A stretch of DNA of 32,000 bases, from contig DATIJT010000022.1 in the NCBI GenBank assembly GCA_035478435.1, positions 27,878 through 59,877 on the forward strand, given 5' to 3'. The position numbers and the translations under genes were made by a program. Source of the DNA: Candidatus Saccharimonadales bacterium. GTDB lineage: Bacteria > Patescibacteriota > Saccharimonadia > Saccharimonadales > UBA4665. The notes below the pieces were generated by a model. The model did no database searches. It had not been told where the DNA came from and saw only the letters and a list, made by a program, of their open reading frames with translations. This document shows, in pieces, positions 24,169 through 31,166 of the stretch. The first letter of the stretch is position 1. Every line of letters begins with the position of its first letter.

Positions 24169-24192
24169 TTTTGACGATCGTCAAAATTAATC
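24163..24192. promoter_or_regulatory. perfect 30-bp palindrome GATTAATTTTGACGA|TCGTCAAAATTAATC
   Basis: 15+15 nt with perfect dyad symmetry. Overlaps the stop codon at 24166-24168 and lies 37 bp upstream of the -35 of the tRNA-fMet promoter. Confidence 0.6.
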
Positions 24193-24228
24193 CAGCATAG
24201 GCATAATAAATCCCGAGAAGTTCTTTAA

Positions 24229-24257
24229 TTGACATTTCTACCTCTGTTTGGTATGAT
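24229..24257 (+). promoter_or_regulatory. sigma70-like promoter TTGACA-17-TATGAT for tRNA-fMet
   Basis: TTGACA 24229-24234, 17-nt spacer, TATGAT 24252-24257. Predicts a tRNA leader of about 87 nt. Confidence 0.65.
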
Positions 24258-24350
24258 TCATTGAGCTTAATTTATACCTTTTCAGGTGTAAAGTTAATGG
24301 TAACGGCGCCCTTCGACTCCGCTCAGGGTGCCCTAGCCTTAAAGGCTTCG

Positions 24351-24425
24351 CGCGGGGTGGAGCAGCGGCAGCTCGCGTGGCTCATAACCACGAGGTCACA
24401 GGTTCGAGTCCTGTCCCCGCAACCA
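24351..24425 (+). tRNA. initiator tRNA-fMet (CAU), CCA encoded
   Basis: Starts CGCGGGG and ends CCCCGCAACCA, giving the C1-A72 mismatch typical of bacterial initiators. Anticodon loop CTCATAA. T arm ACAGG-TTCGAGT-CCTGT. Confidence 0.92.
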
Positions 24426-24433
24426 AAGAAAGG

Positions 24434-24463
24434 CCCGGACCGAAAAGTCCGGGGTTTTCTTTT
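24434..24463 (+). terminator. intrinsic terminator after tRNA-fMet
   Basis: CCCGGAC-CGAAAA-GTCCGGG followed by GTTTTCTTTT. Confidence 0.8.
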
Positions 24464-24506
24464 GGGGCCCGGTACAAAACTTGTTCTTGCCTATTAAGGT
24501 TATGCT

Positions 24507-24866
24507 ATGATTATCAACATAATGACATTTGAAGGACTTGGCGATAATCAGGCTGACCTAACAGCTTCTATAGCTCCAGACGTTGAAGCTTTCGACCCAG
24601 CAGCATTTTTAGCCACCCACGGCCTAGAAGACATGGCCGACCAAATGTTTGAAGCCCACGGTGGAACTTTCTCTGTAACCGAAGCTTTAGTGCAGTGTCA
24701 GCCATTTGCAGATATGGTTAGGGGCCTTGCTAAAGCCCTTAAAGATAGTCCTGGCTGCACAGAAATTCTTAAGACAACTATCGCTTCGCTAGGTAATCGT
24801 GCTGCTAATCCGCCTGAGGGCAGCTCAGCTAAAAAAAAATTACTGATGCCATTGCTAACAAGCTAA
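24507..24866 (+). CDS. hypothetical protein; probably the upstream part of a gene interrupted at an A9 tract
   Basis: 119-aa ORF whose last 12 codons follow the A9 run at 24831-24839. Shares the motif AS(I/V)xPDVEA with the downstream frame. Confidence 0.5.
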   Translation: MIINIMTFEGLGDNQADLTASIAPDVEAFDPAAFLATHGLEDMADQMFEAHGGTFSVTEALVQCQPFADMVRGLAKALKDSPGCTEILKTTIASLGNRAANPPEGSSAKKKLLMPLLTS

Positions 24867-24943
24867 ATAAACCAGTCTCCGAGTCAGTCGATCGAAAAAC
24901 CACAGAGATCTCTGCAAGTGTTACTCCAGATGTTGAAGCAGGA

Positions 24944-25954
24944 TTGGTTACTAAAGACCCCTTTACTTCAACTTTGGCCGTGGAGACCTTAGTCGCCAAC
25001 CGTCGTAGTATAGAGGAATTTCTAAGGCGCCAAGAGCAAGATATTGCTGAGACTAAATCTACTGCCAGCCACACCCTAAAAGAAAAGACTCCGGCCAAAC
25101 ACCCTCAAACGGTTACCAAAGCTAAACACAGACAGACTGAAGTAGAGAATGCTCCTAGAACCCCTGTAAGAGTCCGATCAAATAATGTAAAGACTAAAAA
25201 AGTAGAAGGTGTTAAGCTGGCACTTCGTTCAGCAAAAGCCCAACTAAAACCAGAACGTCTCGAGCCTCTTGGCTTAGCTGCCGAGCTGCCCCTGGCCGAA
25301 TTAGTCCTGCCAGAAATTGATGATAATTCTTTACTCCCAGGTGAAGAAATTGGCCTTGAACCACTGCCATACAATCTCTTAGCTGAGGCAGGAGTATCAT
25401 TTGGCGAAGACTGGCTGGTGCCAAGTGACATGTTTGATGCAACAACACCTGACCGCCTAAAAGGCACTTGGACAGTTGATGAAGCTGAAATACCAGCAGA
25501 AACTTCGTCTTGGCCGATTCCTGCTGAAAAATTATTAACCCAACGCTTGGGCGATGAACTGGCCGAGGCTTTTGCCAGTCTGGAGCCAGAAGAAGTTGAG
25601 GTGATTGAACTAATTACCGATACCATTTTACAAGTTGCCGAACAGCTTTATAACATAGCAGAAAACGACAGTGGCAACGCCCAGGTATTAGAGGAAACGC
25701 TAAAACAACTATGCGTGCAACTATTAGAGCGCTTAGGCTTAGCCCCAGATGAAGACAGAGTAGAAAATCTGCTGCAGGACTTAAAAGTAATCATGGAATC
25801 AAAGCCAGAATTAGATGAGCTAGATGTTTCACTAGAAGAAGGCACCCACGAGCGTAAGCCTACTTATTCACCTACAATTCATGCCCTGCAGCAACTAGTC
25901 AAACAAAAAGTCCTGCCGTTTTGGATGCTGGGCCGTTTAGCCTTACTAATGTAA
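24944..25954 (+). CDS. acidic hypothetical protein; frame is open back to 24833
   Basis: The only candidate start is TTG at 24944, with no SD. The frame has no stop between 24833 and 24944. Glu/Asp/Leu-rich, with a C-terminal hydrophobic tail. Confidence 0.5.
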   Translation: MVTKDPFTSTLAVETLVANRRSIEEFLRRQEQDIAETKSTASHTLKEKTPAKHPQTVTKAKHRQTEVENAPRTPVRVRSNNVKTKKVEGVKLALRSAKAQLKPERLEPLGLAAELPLAELVLPEIDDNSLLPGEEIGLEPLPYNLLAEAGVSFGEDWLVPSDMFDATTPDRLKGTWTVDEAEIPAETSSWPIPAEKLLTQRLGDELAEAFASLEPEEVEVIELITDTILQVAEQLYNIAENDSGNAQVLEETLKQLCVQLLERLGLAPDEDRVENLLQDLKVIMESKPELDELDVSLEEGTHERKPTYSPTIHALQQLVKQKVLPFWMLGRLALLM

Positions 25955-26731
25955 CTAAGCCGCTTCGCCAATTTCATGAGCAATTGCTTCAAATGCTTCT
26001 AAGCCTGTTAAGCCGTAGCTAGCGGCTTCGGTCAGCGGGCGTCCGACTATTACCATATCGGCGCCAGCTTCGATAGCCATCTTGGGGGTTGTAGGGTTGG
26101 ACTGGTCATCGGGAATAAACACGTAGCTTGGCCGGATAGCCGGCACTATAAGTACCATCTTTTCTGTTTTGGGATCGTGCCTAATTTTATCGGCCTCCCG
26201 TGGCGAACACACCAAGCCATCTATGCCAGAATCTACTGCCATATGAGCCAGGTCCCTGACCATCCACCTTCTATCGTGGCCGAAAAGCTCCTCGGTCACC
26301 ATCTCATCATGAGAAGTAAGGACAGTTACGGCTAGGACAAGTGGCCGGAGCAATTCAGGAAGCTCTGCCTGAGCTTCATTAATGCCTTGGTCAGCAGCTT
26401 CCATGCCCGCTTTACCTGCTAAAGCATGGACGGTAAGTATAGCCGCACCTTTTAACGTTAAATTCCTGGCGCGTTTGCGCATAGTTTCTGGTATATCGTG
26501 AAGTTTGTAGTCTACGAATGGTAGCTGGTTATAGCGACGTATGGTTTTTATGGCTTGGGGCACTCCAACAAGATCGGCCAGGGAGTTTACTTTTCCTGAT
26601 CCCATCCGGGCACCATATTGATACAGTCCGTGTCTTGCCGCCGCGGTGGTATCGTAATCCAGCGCGGCCACAATCCGCCTTTCTGGCTGACGAATGTTTT
26701 GGATTTGCTGTTTAACAGATACTGCTGACAT
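25955..26731 (-). CDS. pyrF: orotidine 5'-phosphate decarboxylase
   Basis: DYKLHDIPETM (DxKxxDIxxT) active-site motif. The C-terminal VIVGRPL phosphate-binding block is typical of OMP decarboxylase. Confidence 0.8.
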   Translation of the reverse strand: MSAVSVKQQIQNIRQPERRIVAALDYDTTAAARHGLYQYGARMGSGKVNSLADLVGVPQAIKTIRRYNQLPFVDYKLHDIPETMRKRARNLTLKGAAILTVHALAGKAGMEAADQGINEAQAELPELLRPLVLAVTVLTSHDEMVTEELFGHDRRWMVRDLAHMAVDSGIDGLVCSPREADKIRHDPKTEKMVLIVPAIRPSYVFIPDDQSNPTTPKMAIEAGADMVIVGRPLTEAASYGLTGLEAFEAIAHEIGEAA

Positions 26732-26762
26732 TTAGACTCTTCATTTACTATAGCAAGTTGGA

Positions 26763-26927
26763 AGGATCTATCACAAACCTCACCTTCGTTAAGCGAAAGC
26801 CTTAATGGCGATAGCGAAACTGTCAGCAGGCGAACGAGGCGTACCTTTAGGTACGGTGAGGAGCGGTCTAACAGTTGCAGCCCGCCATTAGGGCTTGAGG
26901 CTGAAGGTGAGGTTTGTGATAGATCCT
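26763..26927. repeat. 165-nt long hairpin element (E2)
   Basis: Perfect 24-bp outer helix 26764-26787 / 26903-26926. 12-bp helix 26799-26810 / 26883-26894 with one G-U pair. Imperfect helix containing GAAACTGTCA. Apical CGTACC-TTTA-GGTACG. Confidence 0.9.
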
Positions 26928-26991
26928 AGGTCTAAAATCTAACAGACAATTGTCTTGATTGGCCTATAGTTAGATTGGGAGGGGTGCGATT

Positions 26992-27081
26992 ATGACGAAA
27001 TTACAAGAACTATTACACCAACACTCTGAGCACAAACAGGTCAAAAAACTACTAGAAAAAGAAGATACTTACCTATTTTAA
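26992..27081 (+). CDS. 29-aa small ORF MTKLQELLHQHSEHKQVKKLLEKEDTYLF
   Basis: GGGAGGGG lies 7 nt upstream of the ATG. Below the ORF-track cutoff. Confidence 0.4.
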   Translation: MTKLQELLHQHSEHKQVKKLLEKEDTYLF

Positions 27082-27106
27082 TCACGAGAGCCGGGAGGGC
27101 CAGTAC

Positions 27107-27259
27107 ATGGTAGAAATACATGTCCATAAAGCACCGGACGGCTGGCGCTCCTATATCGTCCAAGGCCGCAAGATGACGGTGGTAGATGGCTTGTTCGACA
27201 GCAAAGACGAAGCTCTAAGTGGCAGCCAATCCGCCACCGAATACCTGTTTGGCACATAA
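27107..27259 (+). CDS. 50-aa small protein (DUF2188-like by eye)
   Basis: GGGAGGG lies 7 nt upstream of the ATG. HKAPDGWRSYIVQG....F.SKDEA resembles the small DGW-containing DUF2188 family; this is from recollection and unverified. Confidence 0.45.
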   Translation: MVEIHVHKAPDGWRSYIVQGRKMTVVDGLFDSKDEALSGSQSATEYLFGT

Positions 27260-27278
27260 AACCACGCGACCTACGCCG

Positions 27279-28388
27279 CTATTCCCATCTGAAGACTTTG
27301 AAGGCGATGATGTAGATGATGACTAGCCAGATGGACATCAGCCCAAGCTGCGGCGCCATTTGGGTAAGGTGTTTACCTTCGGTAGTCATAAACCGGGCGC
27401 CGTCGATCACCGGCGTCAATGGTAAATAGTTAGAAACGTGTTGCAACCATTCCGGCATCAGAAAGCGCGGGAAAAAGGTGCCGGACAGGAACATCATGGG
27501 GAAGACGATGATGTTGGCTAGCGGCGCGGCCTGGCGCTCATTCCTGGCCCAGCCGCCGATAGCCAGGCCTATACCCAAAATCAGCATGATGCTGAAGACT
27601 AAGAATGCAGCGATTTCAAAATAATTACCAACGACTTTAAGGTCAAAAACGACGCGGGCAGCTATGAACATGACGGCTAAAGATATCAGACCGATTATGG
27701 CTTGTGAAATCATGGTCGACACAAAATACTGCCAAACTTTAAGAGGTGTGGTGTGAAGCCGGCGCAAAATGCCCTGTTTTTTAAGTTCCGGGAAGACATT
27801 GACCGGGCCAAAAATGCCTAAACCCAAGATCGAAAAGCCGAGCAGGCCGGCAAAGGTGTAGTCAAACGAGGTCAGGCTTTTATTATTCGTCCTTTTGCCT
27901 TCGACGCTAAAAGGCATGGTTGTTTTAACGAACTTGGCATTGATGCCCTTGAAAGTCTGTTCTAGCAAGGAAGTTAGAGTTTGGCCGGCCTGGTCATTGT
28001 TCTGAGTGTAGATAATTTGGGCTTTGCCAGAAGGCACGCCGTTTAGCGGTTTACCGAAGTCCGGCGGCAGGACGATCGTGCCATCCAACTGGCTTTTGGT
28101 CATTTTATCTTGGGCGGTCGTTAGATCGGTGACGGTCTTGTCGATTTTGAAAACTTTTTCCGATTCAACCTGTTTCACAAAGCTTTTCGCGAAGCTGCTT
28201 TTCGACTGGTTCAGCAGCGCCACTTTGAACGACACCGAGTTGGCGCTACCCCCGGAAATACCGCCGAAGACAAACAGGAAAATCAGCGGGAACAGGATGC
28301 CAAAAAACAGCGCCAAGCGGTCGCGGAAAAAACGGCGGGTATTTAGCTTGGAAAAAACCGCTACGGTGTAAAAGGATTTCTTATTCAT
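27279..28388 (-). CDS. ABC-2 type transporter permease
   Basis: 369 aa. N-terminal TM segment, a large extracytoplasmic loop, then 5 C-terminal TM segments. Start overlaps the ATPase stop (TAATG). Confidence 0.75.
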   Translation of the reverse strand: MNKKSFYTVAVFSKLNTRRFFRDRLALFFGILFPLIFLFVFGGISGGSANSVSFKVALLNQSKSSFAKSFVKQVESEKVFKIDKTVTDLTTAQDKMTKSQLDGTIVLPPDFGKPLNGVPSGKAQIIYTQNNDQAGQTLTSLLEQTFKGINAKFVKTTMPFSVEGKRTNNKSLTSFDYTFAGLLGFSILGLGIFGPVNVFPELKKQGILRRLHTTPLKVWQYFVSTMISQAIIGLISLAVMFIAARVVFDLKVVGNYFEIAAFLVFSIMLILGIGLAIGGWARNERQAAPLANIIVFPMMFLSGTFFPRFLMPEWLQHVSNYLPLTPVIDGARFMTTEGKHLTQMAPQLGLMSIWLVIIYIIAFKVFRWE

Positions 28389-29149
28389 TAGTCACGTAAT
28401 CCTTTCCCTGTTAAATCGATGAAAACGTCTTCCAAATTGGCCTGTTCAACTTCCTGCTCTTTCTTAAAGCCTTTTTTGAGTAGTTGGCGGATGAGGTTCT
28501 TAGGCGTGTCAAGGGCGATGATTTTACCCTTGTCCATAATGGCCACCCGGTCGCACAACAGTTCGGCTTCATCCATGTAATGGGTAGTTATAAGCACCGT
28601 GACGCCTTTGTCGCGCACCTGCTGCACCAAATCCCAGAGGTTGCGCCGGGCTTGGGGGTCCAGGCCGGTAGTCGGCTCGTCCATGAAAAAGACTTTGGGG
28701 CTGTGGACTAAGGCCGCGGCAATGCTCAGACGTTGGCGTTGGCCGCCAGACAGGTTTTCGGCGAAACTGTTAGCCTTTTCATCCAGCTGGACTTCTTTTA
28801 AGAATTCTAAGGGGCTGACCTTCTCACCATAGGCAGCTGCAAAGAGCTCGATTAGCTCAGTTAACTTAGTTTTATCCTGAAAAGCCGGAGATTGCGGCTG
28901 GACGCCAATAATCCGCTTAACGGCATCCGACTGCTTGGCTACATCCAGGCCGTTTACCATGATCGTGCCGCCATCTATAGAGCGCATTGTTTCAATCATT
29001 TCCAGGGTAGTAGTCTTGCCAGCGCCGTTCGGCCCTAAAATGCCAAAAATCTCGCCTTTTTTGACTTCAAAGGAAATGCCATCCACAGCCGGCTTGTTGT
29101 CGTAGACTTTCCGCAAACCTTTAACTTTTAAGATTATATCCGTATCCAT
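28388..29149 (-). CDS. ABC transporter ATP-binding protein
   Basis: Start taken at MDTDIILKV. Walker A GPNGAGKTT, signature LSGGQRQRL, Walker B VFFMDEPTTGLD, H-loop TTHYM. The upstream 57 codons of the tracked ORF cross hairpin element E4 and are rejected. Confidence 0.9.
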   Translation of the reverse strand: MDTDIILKVKGLRKVYDNKPAVDGISFEVKKGEIFGILGPNGAGKTTTLEMIETMRSIDGGTIMVNGLDVAKQSDAVKRIIGVQPQSPAFQDKTKLTELIELFAAAYGEKVSPLEFLKEVQLDEKANSFAENLSGGQRQRLSIAAALVHSPKVFFMDEPTTGLDPQARRNLWDLVQQVRDKGVTVLITTHYMDEAELLCDRVAIMDKGKIIALDTPKNLIRQLLKKGFKKEQEVEQANLEDVFIDLTGKGLRD

Positions 29150-29223
29150 ACCCGACCATTCTACCAGAGCCACGGATATAAATAAAAACACCCGCCAAAA
29201 ATGACAGGCGTTTTTAATGGGTA

Positions 29224-29342
29224 CGGGTTTTGTGTAGGAGTACAGTTTGGTTGAAGGTCGAGTAACGAAGCGCAGCGTACTTTGTGGTACGCGAGCATCG
29301 TAACGGAGAGCTTCGGGCAAAATGTGCCCTACACGAAAGCCG
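29224..29342. repeat. ~119-nt hairpin element (E4), related to E3
   Basis: Outer pairing TTTTGTGTAGG (29228-29238) with CCTACACGAAA (29328-29338), including a G-U pair. Apical CGTAC-TTTGTG-GTACG. Shares GCGAGCATCG (29291-29300) and AAGCG(C/T)AGCG with E3. Confidence 0.75.
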
Positions 29343-29343
29343 C

Positions 29344-29538
29344 TTACTTGCGCTTAACGGTCAAAAAGCCGTTGCGTGGGTTTTCGTTAACCATAAAACC
29401 ATCTGGCAGGTCAGTAGCTTCAGGACGCTCGTCCTTGCTGAAGTAGTAAATAGTTTGCTGTTTGCCACCACGAAGTGTGACCATTTTTGAGTTTAAATAG
29501 TAAGTTACACCTTTGGAGTTAGTGTGCTTGTATGCCAT
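29344..29538 (-). CDS. small conserved-looking hypothetical protein (64 aa)
   Basis: Start taken at MAYKHTNSKG, which has GAGGGAG upstream. The longer ORF to 29607 lacks an SD. Confidence 0.55.
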   Translation of the reverse strand: MAYKHTNSKGVTYYLNSKMVTLRGGKQQTIYYFSKDERPEATDLPDGFMVNENPRNGFLTVKRK

Positions 29539-29810
29539 GCTTGGCTCCCTCTCTCTTAAAATTAGTAGTGTACCCCTAAGATACTCTGGTGGGTTTTTAT
29601 TTGTCAACCCTTATATAAATTTTCTTGCCCTTTTATTGAGTCCACAACAGGTGAGTAAACAGGCCTTTTAGACCCTAAAACAGTTTTTGATTCCTCTGGC
29701 CAAAGCCAAAATCGAATCAGAAGATTAAATTTGGAGTTGCATAAGCGCTTTAGGCTGTATTAAACTAGGTTGGTAATCATAAAAAGAATAATAAGGTGGT
29801 AAGAGAGCAT

Positions 29811-30428
29811 ATGGACTTTACTAATCGTGCTTCACAACCTCAGATGACGGGTTCGCCCGCTTCTTCGACGTCAGGAGCAACTACTTCTAACAAACACAAT
29901 AAAGTAAATGAGACTAAATGGTCGAGAGTGGTTATGGTTTTGGCAGTCACTTCAGTCGCCGTACTGGTTTTGGCAGTCTTAGCAGTAGTCAGCTTCGGTG
30001 GCGTCAAAGCTGAAGATAATTTTGTTAATAAAGATAAGTTACAGGCTGTTTTCCTGAATACCGGCCAAGTGTACTTTGGTAAAGTTAAATCGCTGAACAG
30101 TAAATATTTGGTACTCGATAATATTTACTATCTACAGACTACTCAAAATGGCACTGACAAGAACTCTACCAGCATCTCGCTAGTAAAATTGGGTTGTGAA
30201 CTGCACGAGCCATACGACCGCATGGTAATCAACCGCGACCAAGTGACTTTCTGGGAAAACCTGCAAGATAACGGTCAGGTAGCTCAAGCTGTTAGCAAGT
30301 TTGTGAAGGCTAATCCGGACGGCCAGAAGTGTGCCGATCAAAGCCAAGCTGGCAACTCACAAAATAACGTTCAGAACACTAACAGCTCAAGCTCTAGCTC
30401 AAGTAGTTCTACTACCAAAAAGCCTTAG
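29811..30428 (+). CDS. membrane-anchored protein with poly-Ser C-terminus (hypothetical)
   Basis: ATG at 29811 is preferred to the tracked GTG at 29796. Single TM segment (VVMVLAVTSVAVLVLAVLAVV). C-terminal SSSSSSSS tract. Confidence 0.55.
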   Translation: MDFTNRASQPQMTGSPASSTSGATTSNKHNKVNETKWSRVVMVLAVTSVAVLVLAVLAVVSFGGVKAEDNFVNKDKLQAVFLNTGQVYFGKVKSLNSKYLVLDNIYYLQTTQNGTDKNSTSISLVKLGCELHEPYDRMVINRDQVTFWENLQDNGQVAQAVSKFVKANPDGQKCADQSQAGNSQNNVQNTNSSSSSSSSSTTKKP

Positions 30429-30449
30429 CTAAAAGCTAGTTAGCAAGCG

Positions 30450-30481
30450 ACCACCTGGCCATTCAGCCAGGTGGTTTTATT
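30450..30481 (+). terminator. intrinsic terminator
   Basis: ACCACCTGGC-CATTCA-GCCAGGTGGT followed by TTTATT. Confidence 0.8.
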
Positions 30482-30501
30482 ATGTAAGCAATATCGGTGA
30501 G

Positions 30502-31107
30502 CTAGCTCGCTTTGCTTCTTAACCATCTAGTGACTAGCCACCAAAATGCTGCGGCAAATAGGCTCAAAAAGCCAAATACCTTGCTCCAACCGGCCAGATC
30601 TGGCGACCATTTCGGCGAAACAAAGGCAAATTTGTACAGACCATCGGCGATAGGCGCTATTTTTACACCGTGGCTAGTGACATATTGCTCGATACAAGGC
30701 ACCCGGTTCCGGCCAGAGAAATCGTGGGAATTTTGTTGTTCGCAGTAAGCTTGGGCAGCGGTGTAGATCTGGGCATTGGCTTGCTGAAGTTGTAGATTTT
30801 GCTTTTCAACTAGGCGGTCATAGGTATATTTGAGCTGAATGGGAGGATAAACAGCGCTAGGGCCAGCCGCCAGCTCGGTATTCATATGGCTGGTTACGTA
30901 GGCTTGTAGGTTCTGTAGGCTGCCTTCTATATCGCCATTATCTTTATCGGCGTTATAGACTGCCTGGCGCAAACTGAGCATATGCTGATTGTTGGACCTT
31001 AAGGCGAAAAGGCAGATCACTCCCCAAACTAGAGCCAGGATTAGAAAATAGTAGGGTTTTATGATGCGCAACTTGGTAAAAAGGTGGTGTAAGTGATGTT
31101 TGTTCAT
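30502..31107 (-). CDS. hypothetical membrane protein with TM segments at both ends
   Basis: 201 aa with N- and C-terminal hydrophobic segments. No motif recognised. Confidence 0.5.
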   Translation of the reverse strand: MNKHHLHHLFTKLRIIKPYYFLILALVWGVICLFALRSNNQHMLSLRQAVYNADKDNGDIEGSLQNLQAYVTSHMNTELAAGPSAVYPPIQLKYTYDRLVEKQNLQLQQANAQIYTAAQAYCEQQNSHDFSGRNRVPCIEQYVTSHGVKIAPIADGLYKFAFVSPKWSPDLAGWSKVFGFLSLFAAAFWWLVTRWLRSKAS

Positions 31108-31124
31108 GCTGCTTAAGATTATAC

Positions 31125-31160
31125 GACTTTATGGACTTTATGGACTTTCGACTTTAGACT
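31125..31160. repeat. GACTTT short tandem repeats (spacing 9, 9, 7) in the murC upstream region
   Basis: GACTTTATG GACTTTATG GACTTTC GACTTTAGACT. Overlaps the putative -10 TAGACT (31155-31160). Confidence 0.85.
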
Positions 31161-31166
31161 AATCTT

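Noticed and set aside
29150-29320. 57-codon N-terminal extension of the ABC ATPase ORF.
   Set aside because: The extension runs through hairpin element E4 and a terminator-like hairpin. The canonical ABC N-terminus (MDTDIILKVKGL) begins at 29149.
7999-29342. CRISPR-like interpretation of the recurring palindromic elements.
   Set aside because: There is no regularly spaced identical repeat and no spacers. The elements are kilobases apart and each is a single long inverted repeat. No cas genes are present.
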